Positions 35,201 through 49,200 of a stretch of DNA of 64,000 bases are shown piece by piece. The translations under genes and the position numbers were made by a program. The notes under the pieces were generated by a model. The model searched no databases and was not told where the DNA came from. It saw nothing but the letters and a program-made list of their open reading frames with translations. The DNA is from Zootoca vivipara (Eukaryota). Positions within the stretch are counted from its first letter, which is position 1; each line of letters opens with the position of its first letter. Location: assembly GCF_963506605.1 (NCBI RefSeq), contig NC_083290.1:30008001-30072000 (forward strand), in the 5' to 3' direction.

Positions 35201-36379
35201 TTAATAAAAATCTCATTACAAAGAGGAACTCTCTAAGAGTCCTGCAAGTAAGGGAAAGCATTCCTCCACTCATCCTCCATTAATTCATCCTGTCACTATG
35301 GCAGGCAGGAGTTCCACAGGTTCAGCCAGAGCATCATAGCAAAGCCATTCTCCTGTACTGGGAGAGCATTCCCAGGGATTCTCTGCTAGGGGTGTGGAGA
35401 GGCTATGGCTGATCAGTCCTGCTGCTGCCCACTCTGGGTGCCTTGGCTTTGGGGACGGCTTCACCCCAGTGCCTTTGGAAGACCTCCCCCCTTGTCCTAA
35501 ATGAGGCCAGGTGCTATCCCTCACCTTGCTCCCCACCTGGGCTTCCCACAAACCAGCAGCGCAGGCAAACAGAGAGAGGCTGTCACCATTAAAGTCTCCA
35601 GCCGCCTCCCTTGTCAGCTCAACAAAGGAAACGTGCACTTTTTAAAAAGCCAGAAAAGCATTACATTGTTTCAGGTGGGGAGAGCGATGCACACAACTCA
35701 ATCCTGCCCACAAGCCACATTCGATGACCCAGATCTTTTGTCCCTAAGTCTCCACCGGAACTGTTGGAGAGGATCTGTAATCATAACGTCCCTTTAGGGC
35801 GCTCGGGACTCTAGCACTGAGGGCAAGTGCTCAGGGCTCTGAATCAACCCCCTCAGGTGGGAACAGGATACAGGAACCCTCTTTTCTGTTCCCCAGAAGC
35901 GCGGGGAGGGAACTCCATGCGGCTGCCTGCCAGTCTCCCCCCTTGCCAAGACGCCGCAGGTCCCCCTTCTCCTTCTCTCCAGTCCCGGAGACTCGCTCGC
36001 TGCGCGGATTAGGGAGCAGAAATGTCAAAAATGTGTGGAATGCGCCACGTCCGTCCAGGCAGGGAGGCGGGCAGGCGAGCTCCCCACCGCCACCGGTGCC
36101 CCCTTCAGGTGCCATCCAGGAAGAAGCTCCCTTGGAGATAGACAAGAGGGGAGTCTAGCCAATAGCCTATAAGGGAAGGGGCACCGCTGGCTACATGGAC
36201 ATCTCGCCCCCACCCAACGCCCATATATACCCAGACACGGATACGAACAATAGCTGGGGGCATTTTGAGAGGGGAAGATTGGGGGGGGGGGTTCGAAGGG
36301 GCGAGGGAACCGCCCCAACGCCCGGGAAAGAGCCCCCCTCCCCATCCCAGTTCCATCCCCTGCAGGTGCGTCCGGTCCA

Positions 36380-36960
36380 AAGAAGGGAATTATCCTTCGC
36401 CGCCCCGTCCCGCTTACCTGGCTGGGTGGCCCCGACGGGGCGCCCCTACCTGCGGAGCCCACTCGACCGCTCGCTCGCGCTGCCTCCGAGTGGAGCGCTA
36501 GAACCCGCGTCTCCTCCTCGCCCCGACCTGACTCTTCTTTCCTCGGCGAGGGGCCGTCCCTCCGCCTCAGCCCAAGGAGGAGGGCGAGCCGGAGGAGCCC
36601 CCGCCCCTTCTCCCCGGGCCTGGCCTTTGTTCGCCGCCCTTCCTGGGGCGCTCTGTGCCAGGCTGGGATGTGCCGCTGCCCGGCGCGTGACCTGCCAGGC
36701 ACGCCGGATGCCGCCCGCCCGGGGACTGGCAGTGCCCCCCCGGCTTGTGCCCGAGGAGGAGGAGGAGGCAGGGCTGGAAACCGGAGAGGCGCTGCTCGCT
36801 GGCTGCAACCCGAGCCGCCGCCGCCGCCGCCGCCGCCGGAGGAAAGCCTGAACAAAGGGATGGATCAAGAGAGGTGCCGGGGCGCAACTGGCTGGTTGGC
36901 TGCTCCTGTCTTCGACGCCCCGTCTGGTCCCTTGGCAGCGGCACGTGCTCCGAGGGAGGG
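36380..36960 (-). promoter_or_regulatory. CpG island / PHLDB1 main promoter and non-coding exon 1 (donor CAG|GTAAG at 36418/36417)
   Basis: CpG-rich, GC boxes, (GCC)8 at 36814-36837, strong donor, no ATG seen in the exon. Confidence 0.7.
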
Positions 36961-38048
36961 TGGCCTCCTCCTTCTCGGGAGAGGAGACGGGAGATCTCCT
37001 GGTCGCAATGGAGAGAGACTGCAGCTTAGCGGCACCAGCTGCTTGACACGCAAAGGTGACAGGTTCAGTCTGCAACTCCAGCAAGGGATGGGAATGCCCC
37101 TGCGTCAGAAATCCTGGAGAGCTGCTGCCTGTCTGTGTGGACAGTACTGAGCTAGATGGAACTAACGAGCAAGGCAGCTCCCTCTCTCAGTCTTGCTGCC
37201 CTGGGTGCAACACCCAGTGGAGGTAGAGGACAAAGATTCCTTCGCCCTAGTAAGCACCCGGTACCCAGAGGTATTTTCCTGCAGGAGGTGAGATGGCTGG
37301 AAAAGAGGATGCAGCAGGGCAGCTGAGTCCACGTGGACCTGCTATTGTGGTCCTTCCTGAACCACCTGTTGTCTGGCCTTCCACCTTCCACAGAAGCTCA
37401 ACAGGTGAGGGCAGAAACAGAGAGTCCCCTCCTTTTGGTGTTTGGGCACTGGGAGGTAATACAACAGCTCTGCCAGGACTCTCCCAGCTGCCTGATTCAG
37501 AAATAAAGTTATGGGAAAAAGAAGACGAGCAGGAAAGGAAGTGTGAGGACCAGAAAATGTCTAGAGGCAGAATCTGGGCCAGAGACAGTCCCTGGGATTT
37601 TCCTAGCCCAGCTTCCTGTACTGAGTCATGGGCTGGGGGCAGCCAGGCCAGGCAGGGTGAGCTAAGAGATCCTTCTGGGTCCCAGATCCACCACAGGTGA
37701 AGTTGTGGCCCACCCACCACCTTGTGTGGAGCTGGCAATCATTCAGCTTGGAGGAGGAGGGGGCGATGGAGATCATGAGTGCCGGCCACATTCCCCCCTT
37801 TTCCCACAGTCCAAATATGCTGGCAGAGACCCTGCAACATCTGGAGCCCATCAACCCCCTCCCTGCTCCGCTTTGTGTTACACAACGGGCTGCACAGCTG
37901 TTCAAAAGAGTGACTTCCAGAGGTCCAGAGCACACCAGGCAGCAGCAGCCCCCACAGGCATTTTAGGAAAGGCACAAAGCTACAGGCACAGCCGGCAAAA
38001 TAATACTCCCCCCCCCCTCAACTGGGATATCTTCCTGGGTGTCAGGTA

Positions 38049-38262
38049 GAGCCAGTGTGGTGTAGTGGTCAGTGTGTCAGACTATAACCTGGGAAACCAG
38101 GGTTCAAATCCCCACTTAACCAAGAAGTTGACTGGCGGTTTCCTTGGGTCAGTCACTGCCTCTCAGGCTAACCTACCTCACAGGGTTGTTGTGGGGATTA
38201 AATGGGGAAGGGAATAACTATACATGCCACCTTGGGCTCCTAGGAGAAAAAGCTGGGATATC
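38049..38262 (+). mobile_element. tRNA-derived SINE (MIR/Squam-like)
   Basis: Same head and core as 16443-16660. Confidence 0.7.
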
Positions 38263-38267
38263 AATAT

Positions 38268-38540
38268 TCAGATGGAAGATGGAGCAAGCTTGTTTTCTGC
38301 TGCTCCGGAGGGTAGGACCCAAACCAATGGATTCAAAGTACAAGAAGGGAGATTCTGACCAAATATTAGGAAGACCTCTGGCACAGTGGCACAGACTAGC
38401 TCAGAAGGTGGCGTTGGAGGTTTTCAGAAAGGTTAGGTGGCTATCTGCCAGGAATTCTTTAGCTGTTATTTGTACATTGCAGGGGGACAAATGAGATGAC
38501 CCTTGCTGGCTCTTCCAGCTCTACAATTCTGATCCTATGA
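38268..38540 (+). mobile_element. CR1 LINE 3' fragment
   Basis: ORF2 C-terminal-like sequence and GATGACC...TCCAGCTCTACAATTCT tail. Confidence 0.65.
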
Positions 38541-41452
38541 AATGCAATAAATAAATAAAAATAGAGAGGCCTGGAAGGTCCCCCACCACTGCAGTATGTG
38601 TTGCAGTAAACCTTACAGCAGTGTTATCTCAGCATTGCGGCAGAAGCAGCTGTGGGAAAGAGTGGAACAGGACACCCCAATATCTTGGCAATCCCCCCCC
38701 ACCAGTGGACATCCTCCCCCATCCGGAGTTAGAGCAAGCAGAATAAACAGCCCCAAATATTTCCCAGTTGAAACAAATCCGCTCACAAGAAGAGACCAAC
38801 CTAATTATAGCTGAACATTACATCACCCCGGGAAGGGACGTCCCTGGAGTATCTTCCTTTCCCTGCCCCCTCAAGCCCTTTGGAATAAAAAAGGAGCCCC
38901 AGCATATTGAGGGGGAGATGCAATCCCGCCATGTGATGAATCCTTTCATCTTCCAGCATAGTTGAGTTTAAAGGGCCCAGATGTGCTCTGGATTCACCTT
39001 TCTGAGGCCAGGAGGCCAGCAGCTGTAGCCTCTTGAGAGGACCAAAACAGGGTGGTGAAGAACCAGCAAAAAGGGAAATGAAAACAATAACAGCACTGCT
39101 GCTGGTTTTTCAGAGCAGAGCACAGGATCCCGCATGGGAGCTGGTTGCCTGACGTGTTGCTCCTCTTTGCAGTGGGAGAGACAGCCTCATATGAAGCTTT
39201 CTGTATTGGTGGATACAGGTGGTTTTGCTGGCACACTGACCTGTCAAGAAGCTGTAGGGATGCTGAGGCAATCCAGCTAGCAGGAGATAAACCACCCTGA
39301 CTAGTGTGCCCCCACGGGGGGGGGGGAGGAAACTACTGTAGATACATGATTTTTAAAGAATACCAAACTGAAGTGAATAACAGATGAAAGTGGCAGTTTG
39401 GAATGAGAGAATAACATAGAAATGTGAAAGGAGGAGAAATTACAATAAATGAGTAAAACTACTTTGAGTGCCTTTGGGTTGTTATCCAATAAATGCAAAT
39501 TCTTGTTCAGGAGCTATTTCTGGACTGGTCCACAAAAGGGACAAAATTGTATTCGGGTTTTCTATTAATGTCCTTTTGTTCCAATTCTTTGGTAAACAGT
39601 GGGTTTTTCTGGAGGAGCAGGACAAAAAAAATCTCTCTCTCAAACCTGTTATTATTGTTTGCTACATAATGCTAGAAACTGTGGTGCAAACAAAAGTGTA
39701 GGTGAGCCCTAAATTATATTCAATTAAACCCACTGAAATTAAGTTATATTCATTCTTCCCAAAATGTGGAGTTGAGTCAGAAAACCTCCACAGCTAATGC
39801 TTATATTCAAATGTGTAATCTACAATTCTGCAGGTGCAGCTTCCTGAAACACTTTACATATACACAGTTGAGAATTTGTCTGATGTATCTGTAAAATGTA
39901 TTGTTTACAATTTCAGAATGCAGAAAGAAAAAGCCTTACCTTATTATTTATATTTGGGTGCCACCCTTGTAACCAGAAATTGGGGTGAGAGTGGGTGGCG
40001 GTTTCATATCCCATAGCTAGATAGATTGCAGTTCTACACAGGCTCTTTCAGGGCAACATCTCTCACCTGTGACCAACAGACCTGAAACGGACTTGAAAGG
40101 TTTGTAGACTGAACTGGGCAGACCAAGAGGCTCAAAAACTCCGCAACTTAATTACGGTCAAGCAGCTTGATGCTATTACTGGTAAGTTTGCACCCAGAAC
40201 CTTGTTCCAGAGAACTGTAAATGAATACCCCAAGCTTCTTATTATAGGAAACAGCGACGCAGCTTGGGGGTGGTCGTCTCCTGAAGAGCCCCCTTTAACC
40301 TCCCGTTAATATACCATTAGCAAGTAATATTCCATTTCTATTTAAATAGAACTTTAAAAGGGAGACTAGACTAGCCATTTTATCAGAGGGCAAATCCCAG
40401 TTACTACTATTATAATTTGGTAGTGCTCAGGACAATGCTCATTTATCCTTCCACTGGGTGAGGAAGAATTCAAAGATAGCACAATGAATTTGGAACTTTT
40501 CCAGATAAGCTGTGAACTCCTTTCAGCATCTTCATCAGCTTTCTAAAATTCTTTTTCACTTAATAAATTAGCCACTTTACCCTTCTGAAAGGTAATTCCT
40601 TATTCATTATATTTCTTCTTTATTTGGTTAGTGTGGCATAGTGTCCTATCCAGTTTTGCCTCTACCATGGAGTTTGACAGCTCTCCGTAGCAAAGGGGTG
40701 CACAAGAGCCCCAGATTGGTCTGTTCACTGAATCTATGCAAATGAAGCTCCATTATATGTTACAAGTACCCAGCACCTTTTGATTTCTGGCTGCTATTCA
40801 ACTGAATTGTATTCAGAGAAGACCCATTTATTTTAATGGGACTACTCAAGAGTATGACTAACATTGGTTAGCAGCCTCTCATTCCAAAGCTGAGCACGAG
40901 AGTGTCAGAACTGTTATCGTGGCGCCTGGGCTCTGCAGTTTGGTCCATGATGGAAATCAGAGACACAGCCTCAGGTGCCTCTGCAGACTTAAGACAGTAC
41001 TCCATTGTTTGTATTTAAATATGCAAACTTTTCTCTTGTAGAGGTTTCGATTTTACCAGAGACAGATATTTTGCAACAAGGATCCTCCACCCCACATTGT
41101 TTCTGTGGAAGGGCAAGGAAGTCACTTTGGCCTTGGAGGCTGGTAGCTCCCAGCCTTGCTGTTTGTCAACGCGTGGCCATACAGAGCAAGCTTCACAACT
41201 GTAGCAGAGATAGGCAGAGAATCTATATATCTTATAGATACACATTATGGGTCCAGCATCGCCACACAAACCTTGAGCCGATTCCCTGTTCCCCAAACTG
41301 AGCTGTCAGCAGTAACCCAGAAACAGCTGCTTCAAATGCTCTTCGGTGCCAGCTCTGCGTTTAGTTCGCCACTTATAATATTAGCTCTAAGATCAACCTC
41401 CGTCCCATTCCAGGCAGCTACATAGCTTCACGCATCTCATTTTAGAATAGTC

Positions 41453-41458
41453 TTTATT
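41453..41458 (-). terminator. ARCN1 polyadenylation signal (AATAAA)
   Basis: AATAAA on - strand ~1 kb after the stop, at the end of a U-rich 3'UTR-like stretch. Confidence 0.65.
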
Positions 41459-42449
41459 GGATTCAGGGGCAGGGATTCTTTTGTGTACACTGGAATGTGT
41501 TATAGGCCCTAGCTCTTTATGTTACAGGGTTACAAAATCTTATTTAAATATCACTCTTCCCCCCCCCACCCTCCTCAATGTAATTTAAGAAAGAAAGAAA
41601 AAAGCCTCCTTTGGTGGAACTAAACTTGACTCCATTTTAAAAATCAGACAAGACAACTCTTGAACAAAGCTGGATCAGTAAGATTCGTAGCTACTCCTAC
41701 AGTACAGGCCTAGACCACCCACCCCCGGGACATTTTGGAAAGGGGCCACATCAGCAATGAGGCAGCGTGGGAGAAGCTGGTGACTTCTCTTAACAGGTGG
41801 GCACAAACTGGCACATGCCCAAAGCCACTTGGGAAGTCAGTGACTGCCACCGCCTCCGCCTGCCCCAATCAATGGGCAGTTTAAGGGATTCCCAAGCAAA
41901 AAGGGCCAGAGACAGTTGCTGCTTCTTCCTCCTTTGGACAGGCAGCAGCTTCGAGAGAGTGAAGTGTCTTCAGTGAACAGTCCAGGAAATGGACAGAGTC
42001 AGGAGCAGTGGGGCCAAAGGTTCCCTCACCCAGCACCTGGTGCAGGGAAAAGGGGTGCCAGGGGCTGGCCTCTGCTTCCTGCCAGGTTAGAGGTTGCTGG
42101 ATGTCCAGGCTGGTCTCCCTTGACCAATGCTGGGATTAAGAGCCACTCACCTCCCATCAGAGTAAGGAACTGGTAATGAAAAGGGATGCCTTGGGGACAG
42201 GGAAGGGGGAAGTTGCTGTGAATTAAAGCACAGGAGGAGGAGGAGGAGGAGGAGGAGTGTGCCTAAGGAGTAGGGAGGCTGGCTGAACCAGAGAAGCAAG
42301 CAGCCTCTCCCTGCCTGACTGGCTGTGACCTTGGAAATGTTGGGTGGGTGAGCAAACATGTCAGTGTCCCCTGACACAGAAAGCGTTGCATCCCTCTCCC
42401 AAGAGACGACAGCCTCAAAGTCTTGCTTGCTGCTTCCCTGCAGCAACAG

Positions 42450-42539
42450 TTACAGGATCTCATACTTGTCCACGAGGAAGGTGGTCTCTGTGGAGAATCT
42501 CACAGGACTGTTCCCATCTACCTGGGTCACTTTGGTAAC
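42450..42539 (-). CDS. ARCN1: ARCN1 last coding exon
   Basis: [32 protein letters not shown]. Confidence 0.96.
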   Translation of the reverse strand, partial: VTKVTQVDGNSPVRFSTETTFLVDKYEIL

Positions 42540-43183
42540 CTGCAGAGAGGAAGCCATACGGTCAGTCAAGATGAAATAGCCTGCTACTTTGGTCTTGGAT
42601 CAAATTGCTCTTGTAGTACAGTGCTTTAGTTATCTCTCGCTTGGACTGCTGTAATGCGCTCTAAGTGGGGCTACCTTTGAAGGTGACCCGGAAACTACAA
42701 CTAATCCAGAATGCGGCAGCTAGACTGGTGACTGGGAGCGGCCGCTGAGACCACATAACACCGGTCTTGAAAGACCTACATTGGCTCCCAGCACGTTTCC
42801 GAGCACAGTTCAAAGTGTTGGTGTTGACCTTTAAAGCCCTAAACGGCCTCGGTCCAGTATACCTAAAGGAGCGTCTCCACCCCCATCGTTCTGCCCAGAC
42901 ACTGAGGTCCAGCGCCGAGGGCCTTCTGGCGGTTCCCTCGCTACGAGAAGCCAAGTTACAGGGAACAGGCAGAGGGCCTTCTCGGTAGTGGCACCCACCC
43001 TGTGGAATGCCCTCCCACCAGAGGTCAAAGAGAATAACTATTACCAGACCTTTAGAAGGCATCTTAAGGCAGCCCTGTTTAGGGAAGCTTTTAATGTTTG
43101 ATGGATTTCTGTATTTTAATATTTTGTTGGAAGCCGCCCAAAGTGGCTGGGGGAACCCGGCCAGATGGGTGGGGTATAAATAA

Positions 43184-43240
<57 letters not shown>

Positions 43241-46200
43241 CCTTGGTTCTCAAACGCCTTGGTACTCAAACAACTTGGAACCCAAACACTGCAAACCTGG
43301 AAATAAGTGTTCTGGTTTGCAAACTTTTTTCAAAAGCCAAACGTGCTCCGTTTTGAGCGTTACGCTTCTGATTTGAATGCCACACTTCCGTTTTGGTATG
43401 CTGAGGGCTCTCTGTTTTTTGCTGTTTTTGTGGCTCCTTTTTTGTGACTGTGTGGAACCCAGTTCAGCTACTGATTGATTGTGTGACTGCAGTACATTGT
43501 TTATTGCTTTCATTTTATAGATCAAAGGTCTCATTAGATAGTAAAATTCATGTTAAATTCCTGTTTTAGGGGTTGTTTTTAAAAGTATGGAACAGATTAA
43601 TCCATTTTGCATTACTTTCTATGGGAAAGCATGCCTTGGTTTTGGAATGCTTTGGTTTTGGAACGAACTTCTGGAACGGATTAAGTTTGAGAACCAAGGT
43701 ACCACTATACATGCTGAGACCAAAACAACTCTCAAGGTATGCTGACCTGTGCCTCTCCCCCCCCCCCCCCAAAAGTGAAGGAGACACTTTGAGGAAACAT
43801 CATTAACCTATGAAGGGACAAAGACAATCTACACCAATGCGTCCTTTACACAAGTCATGGTGCCAAATAGGACACACCTCAAGGGAAGCCACCCCCGTTG
43901 CATGCAGGCGACCTGTATTCGCTTCCAGTTAAAAAGCGTATGCACCCCCACCCATGTTCCTGCCCTAGACAGTGTTTGTGTGTATGTGCAGGTACAGGGG
44001 GAAGGGTGTGGCTTGCCAGCTGCTCTGGGTGCCTTAGCACACAACTGCCAGGCAGCCCCCTGCCCCCTTGGGAGCTATACCACTGCCAGGAGGATCCTTT
44101 CCCCATCTCTGCATTTTCAACATTGGAAAAGAAAGCCGATTGCTCATCGCTCTTGCCAGGTGGAGAGCAGAATTGTGGGCCGTCTGGAAAGCCAGGGCAT
44201 TTTCCAAAATAGAAGCGGGCAGCGAACAGGGCCACAGCCTCCACTCAAGGCACTTCCCAGACTCACCTGGATGTTGCAGTAGTTCTTCTTGGAGACGAAA
44301 GAGACGTGCACAGGAAAGAAGTCATTTGGCTGCCCGTTGATGCTGAACTCCAGGCTGCCGCTCTTGTTTTTGGCATCGATCACAGGCAGGCACCACTCAA
44401 GGATGTTTCTCCGGCTGTCGTGGCGATACTCGCCATCAATCTCCCCAATCACAGGAGCACCCACGTTGGACCTACAGAAGCAGCAACGAGTGACCACTCA
44501 ACTACCTTGCATCAAGGCTGACCTTGCAGCTGGTGGGTGAATTGGGGATCAGAAGGTACAATGGCTACTCACGGCAAAGGGATGGCGATCACTACGTCAT
44601 TTAACTCCAGGTTCTCCTCTTGCAGCTCATACTCAATGTTGACATCACAGCCACTCCCGCTCTCTGATGGCCAGCAGTTAACTAAGACACAAAAAGCACC
44701 CCTGCTGGTCACATGACCTTCTGCCAGCAGCCATGGGCTCTCCTGAACAGGGACAGGAGGAATGTCTACTGAACCAAGGGAGCTGTGCCTGGTTCTAGGC
44801 TCATGGGAGTGTTACGTCCATCTGCCCCTCCCCAATCCCCAACCAGATGTGCTCACACTTACTTGTCAGTGGAATGAATGACTCCTCTGTGGTCTGCAGC
44901 CGCCACTTCAGGACTCCCACGTCACTATTTATAGGGAAAGACTTCTCTGGGTTCTTCAGGCCAATCAAGGACTCTGTCGTAAAAAGCTTCTTGTCAACAT
45001 TGGGGTGAGTCTGAAAAGAAAAAAAAACTGGTAAGATTCATCTGTAGATCCAAAAATTAATCGTCCCATGCTCCAAATTCTGGAAGACTTTCACTAGATT
45101 AGCACACCAGCCTGGGAAAAGCAAGCCAGTCAGAAGAGAAGTTGAGCTGGTTCTCAGGCCACAAGTTTTTTCCATAGACAGCTACCCAGGCAGGGCTGCA
45201 GAGGAATATTGCTCTCTCACCCTGCCACTCAAATCTAGAAAGCATTGCCCATGCACAGCATAGACAGGCTAGGAAGGTCCTTAAGCACAGGCAAGAATGG
45301 TGAATAATTTGTAGCCAAAGCCTCCCATAAGAACATACAATTTTTTTTTGTATTGTCACCATTATTTGCCTCAGTTCCTCAGACTCCCATCCTGTGAAAC
45401 TTAGTTCAGGCACAGATATTTGCCCAATATCTTCCACTGTGAAGATTGGTACATCGAATTTATTCAGCTTCTTTGCTAACTCCCTTCTCTTCAGCACACA
45501 TTTGACTGTCAACCAAAGGTTTAGCCACCTCCGTAGCCAGTCTCTAATGCTAACATTCCAAACCTAATGCTCTTTAGCTCCTACTGGCTTTATACCCGCA
45601 ATCAAATTCTTCCCTCAAAGACAGGTCTTGGAGGACTGGTAACATCAGAATGAAGTAGATACGGATGCCCTCCACCCCACCCATGGGGCTCAATTAATCC
45701 CCACAACTTGTGTCAGCTGCAGCATGTTGCAGACAGCACCTTTCCACCCGCATGGCCGGCAGTAGGAGCAGCAAGGCCAGTGGGCCAGCCATACCTGGAG
45801 CTGCACCCCCTTCTTGTCCTCATTCTCGACGTGAATGCGAATCCGGGAAAACTTTTCATCCAGGATCCGCAGCATGATCATGCCGTGGAGCTCCATGTTC
45901 TGCAGCCCTCCATCCCGGCCGCAGGTGAGTGAGATCTTCTCCTCTATTTTCATGTGCACACTAGAGAAGAGAAAGCCTGAATCACCCCCCATTCATTGCT
46001 CTGCACTGATTTTATTTTTTGCAAAAGTAGGCAGGTCTAAGGACGTTCCGCTCCCACTGAAATGGCCCTCCTTACAAGAGTGAATCTCCCTCTAATCCCT
46101 GTGGCTCAGGGTAGTGACTATATCAACTCCCCCTCCCCCACATCATGTTATGTACAGGACTTATACCTCAAAGAGGTATCTCTCACTCCTCATTGGGACA

Positions 46201-49200
46201 CACTCTGGGCACCTGCCCAAAATGCTGTCAACTCCCAAGAAAGCCATGCCCCAAAAGGAAGGTTAAGGTTGATGATACCAGAAGGTCTAGGAAACTACTC
46301 TGAATCCCAGCCAGTTTCAATGGCCTCTCCCACTGCAGAGCACAAAAACTTACCTCTCCATGTTGATGGGGGGAGCTAGAACAGTGGCTGCTTCTGAGGA
46401 TCGCTTGCCAACTGAAGTGACAATGTTTTCTCCTTCAGAATTTAGCTTGTCCACAAAATTGTCCACTTCCTTCCCTTTTGCGCCAAGCTTGAGTGCCTTG
46501 TTTGAACCAGATGGCCTAACAAACAAAAAGCAGTGCAGAGGTTTTTGAGACATCCTTTCTCCATAGAAAGAACCCAGAGAGGGCCTGAGATTTATAGTGA
46601 CAGTGCTGCTACAGCCTTCCCCTTATCCTCATGCTCTAAAGTTGCCCTCTCAGGAAGGAAACACACACAGATTGTATGTAGAGTATGGGTGTTGCCTCTG
46701 AATGCCTGCCAGAGAGCAAACATGTCATTCAGCTACTTGGGAGACACTGAAGCAGCTCCCCACAAGAACAGTCAAAGAAACCTAGAGGATCCAGATTGGA
46801 GCACCATCGACCGTCTCAAAAGACCCAGAACTCTCCCACTTCTGAAGGTGGCCACTCATGGCAACAAGAGGTCCGCAAGCCCTCACCTGCTTCTTGCCCA
46901 ACCTTTATACCTGGTAGGTGCTGGAGTCACTTTTGGTCGCTCCGTCTCAATGATGGTTTCAGTGATCATGGCAGCTGTGCTGCCTCCTGACATGGCAGAA
47001 CTTCCAAAACCACCAAACCCTGGAGCTTTGGTGCCCCGGCGCTCAGCATCCCTTCGGGCCTGCTGCAGTTCCTTGGCTTTCCGACGCATCTCTGCCTTGG
47101 CTTCCCGCTCCTGAGTCTACATATACAAATGAGAAGAAGAGGACAAGAAAGGAATTGATGGCCTGGACAAAATGCCCCAGAGTCCTGGGCCTGGAGCATA
47201 GGAGGCCACAGAAAGCTTTTGGCCTACCTCACGAACAGCTCTGAAGACTTTCTCCTCATGAGAGTCCATCTCAGTAAAAGTGCGGATCTGGGCCAGGTTG
47301 ACGTTTTCCCGGTAGCCAAGGGCAACAATCTCATCGAAGGCAAATATCAGATCAAAGCAGTGCTCAGAGATCTCATTCTCCTCCAGGGCTCGACAGTATT
47401 CTGGGATCTGGAGGGAGTCAGGGAAAATGGTATTCTAATGAGGCAAAGCAACCGTGGCCAAAACCCACTCCACACATCTTCATAGACTTGCAAAGTCCCC
47501 AAAGCCTCTATACCTGTAGCTGAACCTCATTGGTCCAGGAGCCTGTTTCAAGGGCAAACATTCTCCCAACTAGCTCCCCACACTTATCCTAATGTGATCA
47601 GGTGGATCAGCTCCTCACTTTCCAATTCCAGTATCAAATAATTAAACACAGCAATGCAACCCAAGGAAAAAGCAGGCTCCATAAGACAGCTGCTCCATGT
47701 GCAAACCCTCCCTCCCCCTGGGCATTTTGCATGCCAGGCAGCTTGGAGCAAGATCCTCACCACTCTAGAGAAAAGCCGGAGAGTTTCAAGGTCCTCCAGG
47801 ATGTTGCTGTTTTTTGTGGTGATCAGGACCATGTAGAGTTTCTCCATGGGCTGGTAGACGTAGCGGACACTCTCTGTCTCCACAAATGTGTGCTGCTTCC
47901 CTGTGTTCATGAGCTTGGGGAAGGCTGCCAGCAGCCCCTCAATGCGGGTCCGTGTCATCTCTACAAACTGGCGTGAGACGATCGCCTTTCCGGCTTTCGT
48001 ACAGACGGCAGCTGCCAAGAGCACCTGTGGGGACAAGAGCTTTTGTCAGCCTCATAACTACATAGAAAAAATAAGAGCTTTTCAGTTGAATCAGTGGTCA
48101 GCCAGAAACCTATGTGAAGCCTAGATCAGGGCCTTGTGATTAGGGCTGGGCGGTATATCAATATATCATCCAAAACCGGTTTGAAGTCCACATCGTGATG
48201 TCGTTTTCATAATTTTTGACCTGGCAATATATCGTGAATCATGGTGGGTGTGTGTGTACTTTGCAAAAATCACAATGCGGGAAAAACTGTGAAGTCAGCC
48301 AAAGCTACTCTTGATTCCTGCAGTCCCAGCTCTTGCCGGCAAAAATCATGATGCGGGAAAAACTGTGAAGACAGCCAATGCCACTACATAGCAGTCCCAT
48401 CCTTATTTCAGACATGATATATCGGTATATCACGATGTTTAGCTGGTGATATGCCCTACTGACAACTGGTAAGCAGAGGTGGAGGTAATACACAGGAGCT
48501 GTGCCTAATAGCCATCATTAGCATTAGCATTCCTTTCCTGCCTTACAAGCAAGGGGCAAAGGTTTGCACAAAGCCTGTCATCTTCTTCCTATAACCCAAG
48601 GAGGCCTCTGCCTGAACTTTGGTGCTGAAGAGCCATGTTTAATTCACTGCCACGAGGTAGCCTTGGTCAGGCCAATGTCACTCAATCTAACCAACCTCAG
48701 AAAGCTGTTGTGTGAAGAGAAAGCTGTTGTGTTATAATTCATTGTGCTGAATTATAACATCTGAAAGGTCAAAGGTTCGTATTAAGGAGATCCAAATCAG
48801 CTGGCCCGTGGGAACCATGGCATAAAGTTAAAAAATCTGAAATGGCCAACAATTTGGGATTCATGCCCAAATAATTCACAATTAAAAATATATATGTAAA
48901 TTTAGCAGGCAATATCCGTATGCTTGACTTAAATGGAGAGATTTTTTATATTATCCAATGCAAAATGCACTGTAAAGCTGACAGAAGCCAAATTTCAACT
49001 TGCCCCAACCTTTTGCTCTAAACTAGTTTTGCAACATGATTTGCACAAAAAAGAAACCTGCTGCTTCATCCTTTGCCACGCTGACGGCTTGAACAAATAC
49101 TCCGCAACTCCTGGCGTTTGACACAGGCTTTTGCAAACCGTGCAACATTTTGACACCAGCAAACTCACTGGTGGCTGTTTTTACCCTCCTCCCTCTCCCC

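Noticed and set aside
38998-39240. Exon-like segment on the - strand between ARCN1 and PHLDB1
   Set aside because: Splice sites are plausible but there is no recognisable peptide or partner exon.
42661-43269. 202-aa minus-strand ORF with poly-Ile
   Set aside because: Antisense of the L2 fragment and its (TTA)n tail.
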